Translations under genes and position numbers: made by a program
Shown here: positions 48,560 to 61,400 of the stretch, piece after piece
Position numbering within the stretch: the first letter of the stretch is position 1
How the letters are laid out: each line of letters begins with the position of its first letter
Notes under the pieces: generated by a model
What the model was told of the DNA's origin: nothing
What the model saw: the letters and a program-made list of their open reading frames with translations, nothing else
Database searches by the model: none
Assembly: GCA_002269645.1 (NCBI GenBank)
Contig: NIVC01001635.1
Location: 124,001-188,000 of the forward strand
From: Macrostomum lignano
Lineage: Eukaryota
Direction: 5' to 3'
Length of the DNA: 64,000 bases

Positions 48560-51500
48560 TTACAATCGCTTCCCCATGCGCTTGATGGGCCCATTGAGCA
48601 TTCTGTCGCACACTGTGTCAATATCTAGCGGGCCAGCTTTGCGATAATCTTCCTCCTTGTTGGGCACGTTGAAAATCCATCGCAGATATTCCTCCTGCTT
48701 AGTCGGGTCCAGCGACGGGTCCACAATGCCGAAGGCACGGATGCAATCGTCGGGTGTCAGCTTGTCGGCCCTGTGAACGCAGAGAATCACGTTTTAATGC
48801 TTTCTTGTAATAATTTTCACAAAGCGAGTCTTACGCAGTGACAGTGCTTCACAATTACGTACTCATGCAGAGTAAGATCGACCGGAGCTTTACAACCGTG
48901 CACAAACCCGGTACTGGTGCAAGGGATGCAGGTATAGATAGGAGTACGCAAGCTTACACCAGGTCGAATTTGAAAAATTAGGACACTTACAGTACATATG
49001 CAGACACATGCACAAAAATAGGCAATCGGGGTACAGGTGTGTGCACTTGATTGCTTTAAAGGATATGAATAAATTACAAAACGACACAGGAACACAAAAA
49101 TGACACCAAATATACATTTAGAGTGATGCAGCAGCAGGAGCAACAGTATCAAAAGGACAAGAAACATGCAATATTAATTGAGACAGCATTGCCATTAAAA
49201 TATTGATGCTTATTTGTAAAACATTTTTAAATACTTCATTTATCCATGTCTATAACCATTGACTTATTGGCGGTTGGCGGAGTGAGGTGGTTGGCGGAGG
49301 AGTGAAGTGGTTTGCGGAGTGAGGTAGTTGGCGGAGTGAGGTGGTTGACGGAGGAGTGAAGTGGTTTGCGGAGTGAGGTAGTTGGCGGAGTGAGGTGGTT
49401 GGCGGAGTGAGGTGGTTGGCGGAGTGAGGTAGTTGGCGGAGTGAGGTAGTTGGCGGAGTGAGGTGGTTGGCGGAGGAGTGAAGTGGTTTGCGGAGTGAGG
49501 TAGTTGGCGGAGTGAGGTGGTTGGCGGAATGAGGTGTTTGGCGGAGGGGTGAGGTAGTTGGCGGAGTGAGGTGGTTGGCGGAATGAGGTGTTTGGCGGAG
49601 GAGTGAGGTGGTTGGCGAAGGCGTAAGGTGGTTGGCGGAGGAGTGAGATAGTTGGCGGAGTGAGGTGGTTGGCGGAGTGGGGTGGGTGGCGGAGTGCTGG
49701 GCTACAAGGAAAAGGTTTGCATTAGGGGCTAATTTTGTGCCGCAGTTCAGGCTGGGACATTCGGCATGCGTTGTCCTACACCAGGGCAAAAAAATAACGA
49801 CAATGAGGTGGGACAATGAGGAATTAACAAACCGAGGACTGCCGACAGCTCTGGGCTCGGATAAGGACTCCTCGTCATTGTCGCTGGTATTGCCGCCTCC
49901 TCCGGCACTTGAATAACTGTTGCTACAAACAATAACAAAATCAGTCAATTTGGTTGCAAGCAGCATCTTTTTCACTGAATGACAACACGATTTTTAAAAA
50001 AGAGAATTTCATAATGAGGGTTGACCGCAATTGAATTCAAGCAGCACAGTATTTTACTTGCATAGTTTTTTTACGAGTACATGCAAATTATTCCGTAGGT
50101 TTAATATCGGACATGCCTTCAAGCAAACAAAAAAGGTCGAATTGACATTTATAAAATTAATTTTTTGATTTCCGGATCAAGCGTTTCGTGTTCACCGCTA
50201 CTTATTACCTGAACTCTCTTCGTCTCTTATGGCTGAAGTTGTACCAGAAATAGCGCAAATAAGCAAAACTTTGCTTCAGAAATCCATTCAACTCTACTCA
50301 TAGTAAAACGCACAGTTTCTAAGTAGCAAAATATGTTCATACTTACGAAATATCGACCAGTTCTTTGCGCATCTCGGCGATGTACTTTTCCTTCTCGTCG
50401 TGCAGCAGCTTTTTGACGTCTTTGAGGAAGGCCCCAAATTCGCCTTCGTCATCCTGGACAGGTGAGAATTGAATGCGGCATTAGGCTTACATGGGACTAC
50501 TGGAGGGAGCTGGCAACTGAAACTCTGGGAGGCTGGCCCAGCAACTGACACTCTGGGAGGCTGGCCCAGCAACTGACACTCTGGGAGGCTGGCCCAGCAA
50601 CTGACACTCTGGGAGGCTGGCCCAGCAACTGAGAATTTGGGAGGCTGGCCCAGCAACTGAGAATTTGGGAGGCTGGCCCAGCAACTGACACTCTGAGAGG
50701 CTAGCCCAGCAATTCAGGATCTGGGAGGCTGGCCCAGCAACCGACACTCTGAGAGGCTGGCCCAGCAACTGAGGATCTGGAAGGCTGGCTCAGCAACTGA
50801 AAATTTGGGCGGCTGGCCCAACAACTGACACTCTGAGAGGCTGGCCCAGCAACTGAGGATCTGAGAGGCTGGCCCAGCAACTGAGGATCTGGGAGGCTGG
50901 CCCAGCAACTGACACTCTGGGAGGCTGACGGCCCAGCAATTGAGGATCTGGGAGGCTGGCCCAGAAACTGATGATCTGGCAGGCTGGCCCAGCAACTGAC
51001 ACTCTGGGCGGCTGGCCCAGCAACTGAGGATCTGGGACCGTTTCAATCCACAGAGACGGCTAAGCTAGCAAGGAAGCTCAATAGTAAATCTTATCAAGCG
51101 GAATTCAAAGCGTGCATTGGTGTAAAATTGTCTGTACTGCACAGCTCCGCAGTCTCACAGTCATAAACAGCTTGTCGAACTCCAGTTTCGCAGAGCCGTC
51201 AGTGTCCAGCTCCTGAGCGGCCACGTCCGTCAACTCCTGGAACTTGTCGTCGTTTCTGCCTGGGAAAAACTCGCGCATCACCTCGGCAAACTCGGTCTTG
51301 TCCAGCAGACCGGACCCGCTTGGGTCCTTGGTTTTGAAGGCGTCCAACAGTCGGCCGAGTGTTCGCATGTCGTCCCAGTAGACCTCCTCGGACATGGTGC
51401 CCATCAGCACCGAGAAGAACTGCTGGCAGCGCTCGTCCTGGGCGTAGCGTTGCAAGGCGTCGTAGAAGCTGTAGGCCCACTCCACCCGGATCTGCTCAAT

Positions 51501-54500
51501 GCCGTAGATTTGGCGAAACAGGCTGTCAACAAAGTCGCCCATTGGCGTCAACGGTTTAGCGTCGCCTGTCTCGTACGCGGCCACTTGTTCGTCTTTCTCG
51601 CGTTTTCTTGCGTCCCAAATCTCCCGGATGTGAATTCTGGCGTCGCGTTTCGTCATGCGACGGTTGTTGACGGGCGTGCCGTGCTGGAGGAACTTCGGCA
51701 CCTGAGGGGGTTTGGACGGTTTGACTGTTTGAGCTGAAGCAATTTTTACAAGCTCGAAACTTCATTGATCTGTTTTATCATTCTGTTACGCATTTTGTTA
51801 CGAAGTCATGATAAATAGTCGTAGATTCATAAAGCCAAATGGTCAGTGGTCAGCCTAGTGGTCAGACCGTCGGACTCATGATTTGAAGGTCGGGGGTTCG
51901 ATTCCTGATCCCACTGGACCAATTTGTGTCCTTGAGCAGGAGACTTAACTCTGCATTGCTTCAGTTCACCTATAGATGTAAAATGGGTGCCAGCATTAGC
52001 TGGGGTAATTGAGGCTGTGTGGCGAACGCCAGTCCTTGAACTGAACAGCCAGTCTTCAGATGCGCCGTGCAATCGCTGCGGCTGAGCTGTCGGTTGCACA
52101 TCTGGCCCGATTGATCAGTTGTAATCGATTATTATTATTATTAGGCAAATAACACGTCGAGATGTGCCATTTCTATTATTTTTAGGCACAGTTTATGTAC
52201 GTTGGATATAAGATTAACATAGAATCCTAATATTCTAAACGGAAAGCTTAATGAATATCAATAGATTGGGTCTCCTTTCTATCAAAAGCAATAACAATTT
52301 TTGTGCCGAATAAATGAAAACCTCCATCTCCGTAGTGTATTTTTCAGTAAAAACTGCCTCCTGAGAATACTGACACTAGCAGCTAGCCCACAGGTTCCCC
52401 GATGTGAAATTTCGAATTTTTTAAGTTTCAAGTTACGATACGAAGAAAAGCTCACGGTACAGAGTGCTATTACTTTTGGCTATTAATCAATGAATTTTGA
52501 ATAATTTTACAAGGATACCTTTTCATCATAGCCGAGCCCCTCCAGCATTTGAGCTTCTCCGGTTGTTAGGCCGGACATCTCTTGCAGGATTATGTCCACC
52601 AGCTCGTCGGACCTCTTGCCTTGGCTCAACTCCTTCCATCTGTCGGCGCCGCCAGAAATGTACTCACCGCACCGTTCCCATTCCGGCCTAGGGGTGGAGT
52701 GATTGAGTAGACTCAGTAGATTTGATTGAGTAGACTCAGTAGATTTGATTGAGTAGACTCAGTAGATTCGATTGAGTAGACTCAGTAGATTCGATTGAGT
52801 AGACTCAGTAGATTCGATTGAGTAGACTCAGTAGATTCGATTGAGTAGACTCAGTAGATTTGATTGAGTAGACTCAGTAGATTCGATTGAGTAGACTCAG
52901 TAGATTCGATTGAGTAGACTCAGTAGATTTGATTGAGTAGACTCAGTAGATTTGATTGAGTAGACTCAGTAGATTTGATTGAGTAGAATCAGTAGATCTG
53001 ATTGAGTAGACTCAGTAGATTTGATTGAGTAGACTCAGTAGATTCGATTGAGTAGACTCAGTAGATTTGATTGAGTAGACTCAGTAGATTTGATTGAGTA
53101 GACTCAGTAGATTCGATTGAGTAGACTCAGTAGATTTGATTGAGTAGACTCAGTAGATTCGATTGAGTAGACTCAGTAGATTTGATTGAGTAGACTCAGT
53201 GGATTTGATTAGACTTAGTAGATTTGATTGAGTAGACTCAGTAGATTCGATTGAGTAGACTCAGTAGATTTGATTGAGTAGACTCAGTAGATTCGATTGA
53301 GTTGACTTAGTGGATCAGACAAGGTAAACTCTAATTAATTAGTAAAGCAAGATGATTAAAGTCTTATACCTTGGAGTTGCTGTGCCCTTCAGTTGTTCAG
53401 CTTCAGTGTAGTACTGATCCCGTTGCTTCAAAACTTGTTCGTACAGATCTTGAAGGGCTCTGGAATCAAGGAGATCATGTACAAAATAGACTATACGCTG
53501 GTATAAAAGTTTATTGATTACGAATTTTTAGATTTTTGTATAATTTGGACATGTGAAACAGACGAACAGTTTCATTTGCTAAATCGGGACGATTGAATTT
53601 TTATAAAAGTACAATTGTGAGACAACACATTACCGAAACACATTTTTTTATTATGATAAGTGAGAACTCGCTAGATATTTAGCTAAAGTTCATCCTTAAA
53701 AGGATACAGCAGTTGGACTGAAGAGAGAACAATAACTGGGAAAATTAAACTGGGGTGAGAGGGGTGGGGCTATTAACTGGGGTGAGAGGATAGGGCAATT
53801 AAACTGCGGTGAGATGGGTGGGGCAATTAAACTGCGGTGAGATGGGTGGGGCAATTAAACTGGGGTGAGAGGGGTGAGGCAATTAAGCTGGGGTGAGAGG
53901 GGTGGGACAATTAAACTGGGGTGAGATGGGTAAGGCAATTAAACTGGGGTGGGAGGGGTGAGGCAATTAAACTGGGGTGAGAGGGGTGGGGCAATTAAAC
54001 TAGGGTGAGAGGGGTGGGGGAATTAAACTAGGGATAGACAGTCGACCAATCAGAGTCAAGGAGGAGTTAAATTGAAAACTTGAGGAGATGGAGGGGTAGA
54101 GGTCCTGAATTAACTTAAATGCATTTTAACTTTGTACAGTTGACACGATTCTTCCGTACATACTGGTATGTACACATACATAAAAACACGCGTTACACGA
54201 ATGGAAAAGGGTGAACCCAAAATTTTCTAAGATGGTTTGTGCAGTGCTAAACATATTCCAACGAAGTGATATCTGCAATATTTGTTGTCCTATACTTGAA
54301 GCTCAGCTGTCCATTCGAGTTCGTGCTCTCAGCCTCTCGCTGATCAGAAGAGCAGATTTGATCATCGTATTTGCTGAAGCTCGATTCCGCGTCCTCAGTT
54401 TGAGTTTGACAGTTGCTGAGCTGCCTGAGATTTCCTCTGCGTCTAATTAGTCCGTTAGCATTAATTAATAAGCATAGCGGTTACCACAGCATTATTGCCT

Positions 54501-57177
54501 CATAATCAATTTTCTTATATTACTGATGAGTAGTGCATATATAATACAAACTCCAAATGCTCGTGCGAGCTACATGAGGGCGACAATGCAACAGAATAAG
54601 CTGACCTTATTTGGGCACCGATTCAAATTTAGAGCGCCGTTATAGGCTGACTGATTATACAGTTAATACTGGTCAACGATTTGAGGAAAAATAATTTAAA
54701 CGGTATGGCAATAATCCTGGATTGTTACTTCTTTCTTTTCAGGGGTGTAACAACGGTCCCACCTATCTCATTGTCAGGCATGTGTGCCTCAGGGGGTGGG
54801 CCCTATGAACGAGCCATAGATTAATACGGTTTATTACACCCCTGAGCTACCCTGTACTTTGCATCCTCTCTTAATTAGTTTTACACACCTGTGCTCATCA
54901 ATGAGTTTATCCGTATCTCGCTTATAATTTCCGTACTCCTCCTCCATGCTGGCGAACTGGGCGGACACAGTTTCGAATTGGCGCCGCGGCACCACGTCGG
55001 AATAGTCCGCCTCCATGCGGGTGATCCGGTCGATCAGGTCGGCCTGCGACTTCTTGGCCTGCGGGTTTGGTTTTAACAAATGTAACTATGAGAATTATAT
55101 TCTCTTGTTGTCAAGGGATTTCGGTGAGAAAGATAAATGGGATTAGGGATTAGAAAATTAGGATAATTAGGAGGTAGGGGACTTTAGGGGTAGATTGAAA
55201 AAAACGGTAGATTAGGGAACTCAGGGGAATGGGAAATTTTAGTGTTTGGTTTTGAGAATTTTCTGAGGATTAGAGAAGTTACAGTTTTGAGATGGTAAAT
55301 TTAACGGCAAATTGGGGAATTTAGGAGGAGGTTGGGGAATTTTGGAGGATATTGAGGAATTTAAGAGGAGATCGGGGATCGGAGAACTAATTTCCTCGAA
55401 TTTCGGAGGAGATCGGGGAATTTAGGAGGATATTGGGGAACTTAGGAGGATATTGGGGAATTTAGGAGGAGATCGGGGAATTAAGAGCCTTCCACACCTG
55501 GTTGAGTCCGATTCGCAGCTGCACAGGGTCCTCGCCGCTGTCCTCAGAATCGGCAGCCTTCTTAAAGATGCTCATGTCCTCCTGTTGTGAGCGGAGCTCG
55601 TTCATGTCGGCTACTAGCAGCTTCCTGCTGTCGGCCTCGTCTCGATAGCGTTGCTGCATGTCCGTGAGTTCGGCTTTCAGAGTCTCGACCTGCTGCTCCA
55701 GATCGTGCTGCTGTTCGTGCATTTTGTCGATTTTCTCTCTCAGGCCGAGGTTGAGAGAGCGGAGCTGCCGCATTTCTGGGGGAGAGGGCGGTAAATTGGT
55801 ATGGTTGTGAGCTCAACTGTTGTATTTGTGTCCGAGTTCTCTAGATTTGAGGCAGTGTCCGTGTTCTCTAGATTTGAGGCACTGTCCGAGTTCTCTAGAT
55901 TTGTGGCGGTGTCCAAGTCCTTTATATTTGAGGCGTTGTCCAAGTTCTCTAGATTTGTTCTGTCAGTATTCTCTAGATTTGTGGTGTCAGTATTCTCTAG
56001 ATTTGTGGTGTCAGTATTCTCTAGATTTGTGGTGTCAGTGTTCTCAAGATTTGTGTTGCGAAGTCTATATATCTGTGCTGTCAGTATTTTCTAGATTTGT
56101 ATTGTCAAATCTCTATAGATTAGCGGTGTCAGCGTTCTCTAGATTTGTGTTGTCAAATCTCTATAGATTAGCGGTGTCAGCGTTCTCTAGATTTGTATTG
56201 TCAAATCTCTATAGATTAGCGGTGTCAGCGTTCTCTAGATTTGTGTTGTCAAATCTCTATAGATTAGCGGTGTCCGTGCTCTCTAGATTAGTGGTGGCCA
56301 TCAAGATTTTCTTGTTCTTTAGAAAAGGATTTCTGTATTCTCTAGAGTGATTTCATCTGACGGTCGGTTAAAGAGTTCCATGGCAGGCAGTTTAGTGAAT
56401 AACTTCACAGGGGAGTAAGTCAGGCAGTCATGCCGATCCTGCTGTGACCCCTGAGCACAGGTGCGCACTTATATCGACTAAAAAACTGCTAAGCTCGCTA
56501 ATATGAGATGAGATGTGAATCAGAATCTTTGAGATGAAGCTCCCTAGTACCGCAAATCTCAGTATTAAGAACTGGGCACATGCAAGCCCGTACTGAGTTT
56601 TAGGATTTTTCAGAAGCTCACCGTCCTTCTCCTCGGCCCGGATTGCCATGATCTTCTGGTCGCACTCCTGACTCAGCGTCCACAGCATCTCCTTCATGGG
56701 CTCCAGTCGGCGGATCTCGTCGCGCAGATGAGCGATCATCATCTCGTACTCGCGCTTGATCGCCGCCAACAACGGCTTGTAGGTTTTGAACGCTTCGATG
56801 AGGTATTCGAACACTTCACGGTGAATCTGCAGCCGAATAGTGCTGGCAGCCACCTCCGTGACATTGTGCGACTTCAATTCGCGTTTGAGATAGCCTTCGA
56901 GCTGTTCAAGAAATTTCGGTTTCGGTAGAAGATTCGGCCGACCAGCTGATTCGTCGTCAATGACAACCAGGCGACTGTCTTTGGTGAGCAGCACCTGGCT
57001 GTCGGGCACCGTGTGGCAGGAGGCGTGAGCCGGCCAGGTGTCCAACAGTCCGCTGGCCTCGGCGCCCGAGTTCAATGGTTTGGTTAGCGAAGGCGGAGGT
57101 AAGACGTACTTTTGGCCCTGCACCTCGTAAGTCATGGACTTGTCGGCCGCTGCTGTGGCGTTGCCAGCCGCTGCCAT
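48560..57177 (-). CDS. TSNAXIP1: Translin-associated factor X-interacting protein 1
   Basis: Exons 57177-56622 (LPKPKFLEQLEGYLKREL...RLQIHREVFEYLIEAFKTYKPLLAAIKREYE), 55775-55498, 55058-54889, 53459-53370, 52687-52519 (TPRPEW), 51701-51159, 50453-50347 and 48770-48560; GT-AG junction phases are consistent. Confidence 0.88.
49265..49690. repeat. ~17-bp G-rich minisatellite (TTGGCGGAGTGAGGTRG), intronic
   Basis: Direct reading. Confidence 0.9.
50505..51040. repeat. 28-bp minisatellite family A, inverted copy, in a TSNAXIP1 intron
   Basis: ACTCTGGGAGGCTGGCCCAGCAACTGAC is the reverse complement of the unit at 30295-30855. Confidence 0.93.
51841..52143 (+). mobile_element. tRNA-derived SINE with CORE-like domain (copy 2, near full length)
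   Basis: A-box-like TGGTCAGCCTAGTGG, B box GGTTCGATTCC 51895-51905, CORE-like TGTGTCCTTGAGCAGGAGACTTAACTCTGCATTGCTTCAGTT...GTAAAATGGG, (ATT)n tail. Confidence 0.82.
52700..53310. repeat. 23-bp minisatellite (GATTGAGTAGACTCAGTAGATTY)
   Basis: About 26 copies; each has the internal inverted repeat TGAGT-AG-ACTCA. Confidence 0.95.
53730..54020. repeat. ~27-bp G-rich minisatellite (GGGCAATTAAACTGGGGTGAGAGGGGT)
   Basis: About 10 copies. Confidence 0.9.
55820..56300. repeat. 24-bp / ~45-bp composite minisatellite (TTCTCTAGATTTGTG...)
   Basis: Direct reading. Confidence 0.85.
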
Positions 57178-58427
57178 GGCTGCAGTAGCGTTTTAATGTG
57201 CTTTCAACCGACTTCAAAGTATGGGAAGATAAACGGAGCACAGCTTTTCTTAAAACACTGAAATGAATAAATATTTTAACTATTAAATTCTTTCGGAATT
57301 TTTTCTTCCTAAAACTTTTCTCAAGCAAACAGAAAGAAGTTTAATTTTCAGCAACAATCTAGTTGATGAGATATTAAAAGCATATTTGTTATAAAAATGT
57401 ACACAGAAAAACAATAGACCTATAAAATCCTAAATGTTATCTAATTTATGATGATGACTCAACCTTCCAGAATTTCAAAACATAACTTTGCTAAAAGGTT
57501 CATGATGTACGAAGTACATTTTAAAGCAGTTTGCTATAATTTGAGTTTTGGGTTTTTGGATTTGAGTTTTTGAGTTCTTGGGTTCTCAGTGTCTCTGGTG
57601 TTCACTGAGTTTATTGCACGCAGATGTAATTAAAGTACTGTAAAAAGTAGAAAAGGCCATATAGCTTGTCTAATATGTATTTTACTTATTTCTCTTGTTC
57701 TTATAACTTGACCAAGAATGATTATTTAAATGCACATGTAAATCAGGTAAAATATTCTTAAAAAAACATCTATAAGAATTCGATTCCAAAAATTCCAAAA
57801 AACAATAAGTTTTAATAAATATATTAAAGAAATTAGAAATACCAGTTTCAATGCGAATCCGAATCAGACTAACCATCAAATACTGTTGATGTTGCATTTA
57901 AGAAACTATCTTAATAGGGCTTTAATAGCTTCTAGCCCTAAAATTACAATGGTTAAACTCTAACCTAAAACCCTAATTGTAAAATTTAAGGTGACAGATT
58001 ATTACTTTAGGTAAAACGTAAATCGTAACTCACGTAAAGCTGACTAAAAAGCAAATTTATGCAGTTCGAAATTTACTTTCTTTGTACTAGAAACAATAGT
58101 GTGTGCCTTTTTATTAGTATGAATATTTTTATTTAAATAGCAAAAATTTTATTATGCTTTAAAAGAATAAAAAAATAGTATTTTACCTTACAAAGTTGAA
58201 CGTGCTTTTAGATTTTGTTTTTAATAGTAAACTTACTTTTATCAAACCACTCTATTCTATGCAAAATAATTGTGCTTATACGACTGACGATATTTATTCA
58301 GCTAGCCACGCGCATCCAGAATCATCCGTTCACAGTCCATTTAAAATAAAATTTCACCATAAGTACGTAACGTTGACTTTTGAAGCAACGTTAATTTCAT
58401 ATCATTTTAGCTATATCATTACAAAAA

Positions 58428-61400
58428 ATGTTGTCCACCGACGGTGCTAATAAAAAGCCACTAATGCCACTTGCCCAGTCTGACTACATGACAAATAATA
58501 CCACAACCAATACTAACAGTTCATACTGTGGCACCGGATTTGCTGATTTTCACCCAGTTAACGTTGACTTTGACAATTTTTTGCCCCAAGGTCAAAGTCA
58601 GACGTCGCCATCATCCATGTTTCCAGCTGAGTGGAATGGCCATGCTCAGGAAGGCTCTATCTTCTCAGATGCAGTTTTTAATCATGTTGGTAATGGTAAC
58701 TACCCACAGCCACAGGTCAGCAGCTCAAGTTTCATGATGAGCTCCACTAAGCCAGGTCAATATGGTTGCATAGATTTTGAATCTCTTCAGCAGAAGATTT
58801 CACTAAAGAAGCAATCGTTAGACATTCTTCAGGGTGTTATCCCTGACCCTCTTGGTCTAGAAGCAAATCATGAAAAAAGGGCATATATGACCAACACAGA
58901 GCGCATTCAAGTGCCTTCTTCTGACCATGTAGCAGAAATTGTTGGAAAAAATGGTAATTATTTTTTATTATGATCTCTTTTTGAGCTTTTGATTCCAGAT
59001 TTGTATAAATTTATTAGACCTATTAATATTAAATTAAACTGTTAGGCCTAGTTAATTTGTATTTTGCATTATTGTTCTAAAATAAGCTTTTGTAACTTAT
59101 GCTAAAAATAGACTAATAGGCCTAAGTCTTAAATAAAAATTTTTTATTTACAAATTTAGTTAAATAAATGCTAGCCTGCTATACTTAGGCTTAGCCACCT
59201 AGTTAAGTTTATTACTTTGCTTGCATTTTTTATCATTTAATGAATAAAATATATTATTATTTGTCCATAATTTTATTTTAGGCAATGCTTATCTCCATGG
59301 TACTATAGGAATAATTTCTATCTTATTCCAATGATACTGTGGGAATAATTTTCTGCTTATCTGCATCGTGCATGGCACACTGACAAGATAGCTGCCCTAT
59401 CTTCTACATATGTTGTGGGAATAATTTTCTACTTATCCGCATGGCACACTGACAAAATAGCTGCCATATCTTCTATATATATAATATATATGCTATACGT
59501 TAATAGTTTATAGCTTTTTGAAAGGGAATTTAAATTGAGAATGCTAAAAAGCTATTGATCTGGATCAACACCATGACCAGCATTTTTTTGCATAAAAAAT
59601 CCATTAAATCTTTACTTCTATTAAACAAATTATCAAGCAAAGTTGTTGTTATACTGCACTTAAACTGTAAGTACTAAACTAAATTATTCCCATGGCATAT
59701 GTAGAAGATAGGCCAACTATCTTATTAATGTGCTGTGCGGATAAACAGAAAATTATTCCTATAGTACCGTGGCGATAAGCACTGCCTTATTTTTATTTGA
59801 TCATTTTTTAAATTAGATACCTGATAATGAATCTAATAGAGTTTTACATAATTTATTCTTAAAAAAATCATTCCTTAAAGTTTTAGTAGCAATCTTTCTT
59901 TATACATTTGCATTTTTTTAATTCTAAGAATGTATTCTAATTAAAAATGATTTTTTCAATTAGGCCTATTGAAATCTTATTGGCATTCTTTTGTTTTACA
60001 ATCCCCAAGTAGCCATATTCAAACTGCTCAACTACCAAAAATAGGTATGTACAATTGGTGTACATCACTCCTAAGACAATAGTGTGCATGCATATTTAGC
60101 ATGCACTTCATAGAATCATGCAGAAAAAAATTGTGTGAAGTAAAAAAGGATACAAAAATGTTCATTTTAAGCAAAAAATTCTAGCTTTCTAGGGTTTTTA
60201 ACCTCATAATAAAGCATTTAAACAAATATTTGTGTGTATCAATTTTTAGCAGTGAATAAATAGTATTTTCAAAAAAGCAAAAAATGAACCAAATTATTTT
60301 CCAAAAAAGTTTCATTACGCAATACGAAAAGGTTTTTTTATTGTCACAATGTGAAAAAGGTCATTTATTGTCATAACACTATCATAGTTTTGAAAATGAG
60401 TGTGCACTCAAGTTTTTTAGCATGCATTTGCAATTATTCAATTTGTGTTTAGGCATGCACCTAGCATGATCTAGACTATGGCCAAGTAGGTCCAATTTTG
60501 TATCACAATCCCCATTAAAAGAGTCAACATTGACATAGGACATTGACTCAGTATAACTAAAAATGACATTTCACATTTATTTTCTATGAAACTCACTTCC
60601 AAGTCAATTTAAATTGTCATTACAATCTATTGAAACATAGGCATAGCATAGTTACAGAAGTGTATAGCTTATATTCACTTTTGTTATACAATCATTTAAA
60701 TGGTAAAATTATATGTAGGTGATCGCAAGATGAAGCCGAACTCACTTTCATCTTATGATCACACTTTCATCTTATGATCACCCCACAATGTAAAACATAC
60801 TACTATTTAACTAAGGGATCATAAGACAAAAATGAATAGGGGGCTATCTAGAATTGGTTTGCAATTTTTGCCACTTTTGGTGGCTTTGCAGCTTTCTGTT
60901 TGTGGACATTCTAGAGGCTGAAATGATAGGAAAAGCTGGGATATATAATCTTCTAGCTTAACATAATTAGCCTCAAAGTGTTGATAAGCCAGTGTTGCAT
61001 TTTGTTATTATTCTTATTGCCTTGGTAATTAGTGACTTTAGATGCATGCATTTATTATTTCTTTGTATCTAACACTTCAAAAGTAATATAAATATATACT
61101 AGATTTGGTATTATTACATATGCTAAGTAGATAGCCATCAAATATTTGATGATAAAAGAAATATCATGTAAAAAAATAAGCATTATATAGACAAAAGAAG
61201 AGTCATGTTAAAGTTAAAAGATTCATTTGGGAATTGCTACAATGTCAAGGCCTAGAAGAAATTGCTATAATGCTATGATTCTTAGGGAAAAAGTACTAAA
61301 ATATCAAAGCTTAGGGGAGAAGAATTGCTAAGATGTCAAGGCTTTAGGGTTAGGTTTAAGTCAAGTTTGGGTTAAGGTTAGGATAAGGGTTTTAAGGTTG

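Noticed and set aside
49250-49975. 241-aa minus-strand ORF as an extra TSNAXIP1 exon or mucin-like protein
   Set aside because: Mostly a 17-bp repeat; TSNAXIP1 exons 50453-50347 and 48770-48560 join in phase without it.
51841-51915. Functional tRNA gene
   Set aside because: A and B boxes are present but the acceptor stem cannot be formed, and the sequence continues into a CORE-like SINE body shared with the copy at 5568-5760.
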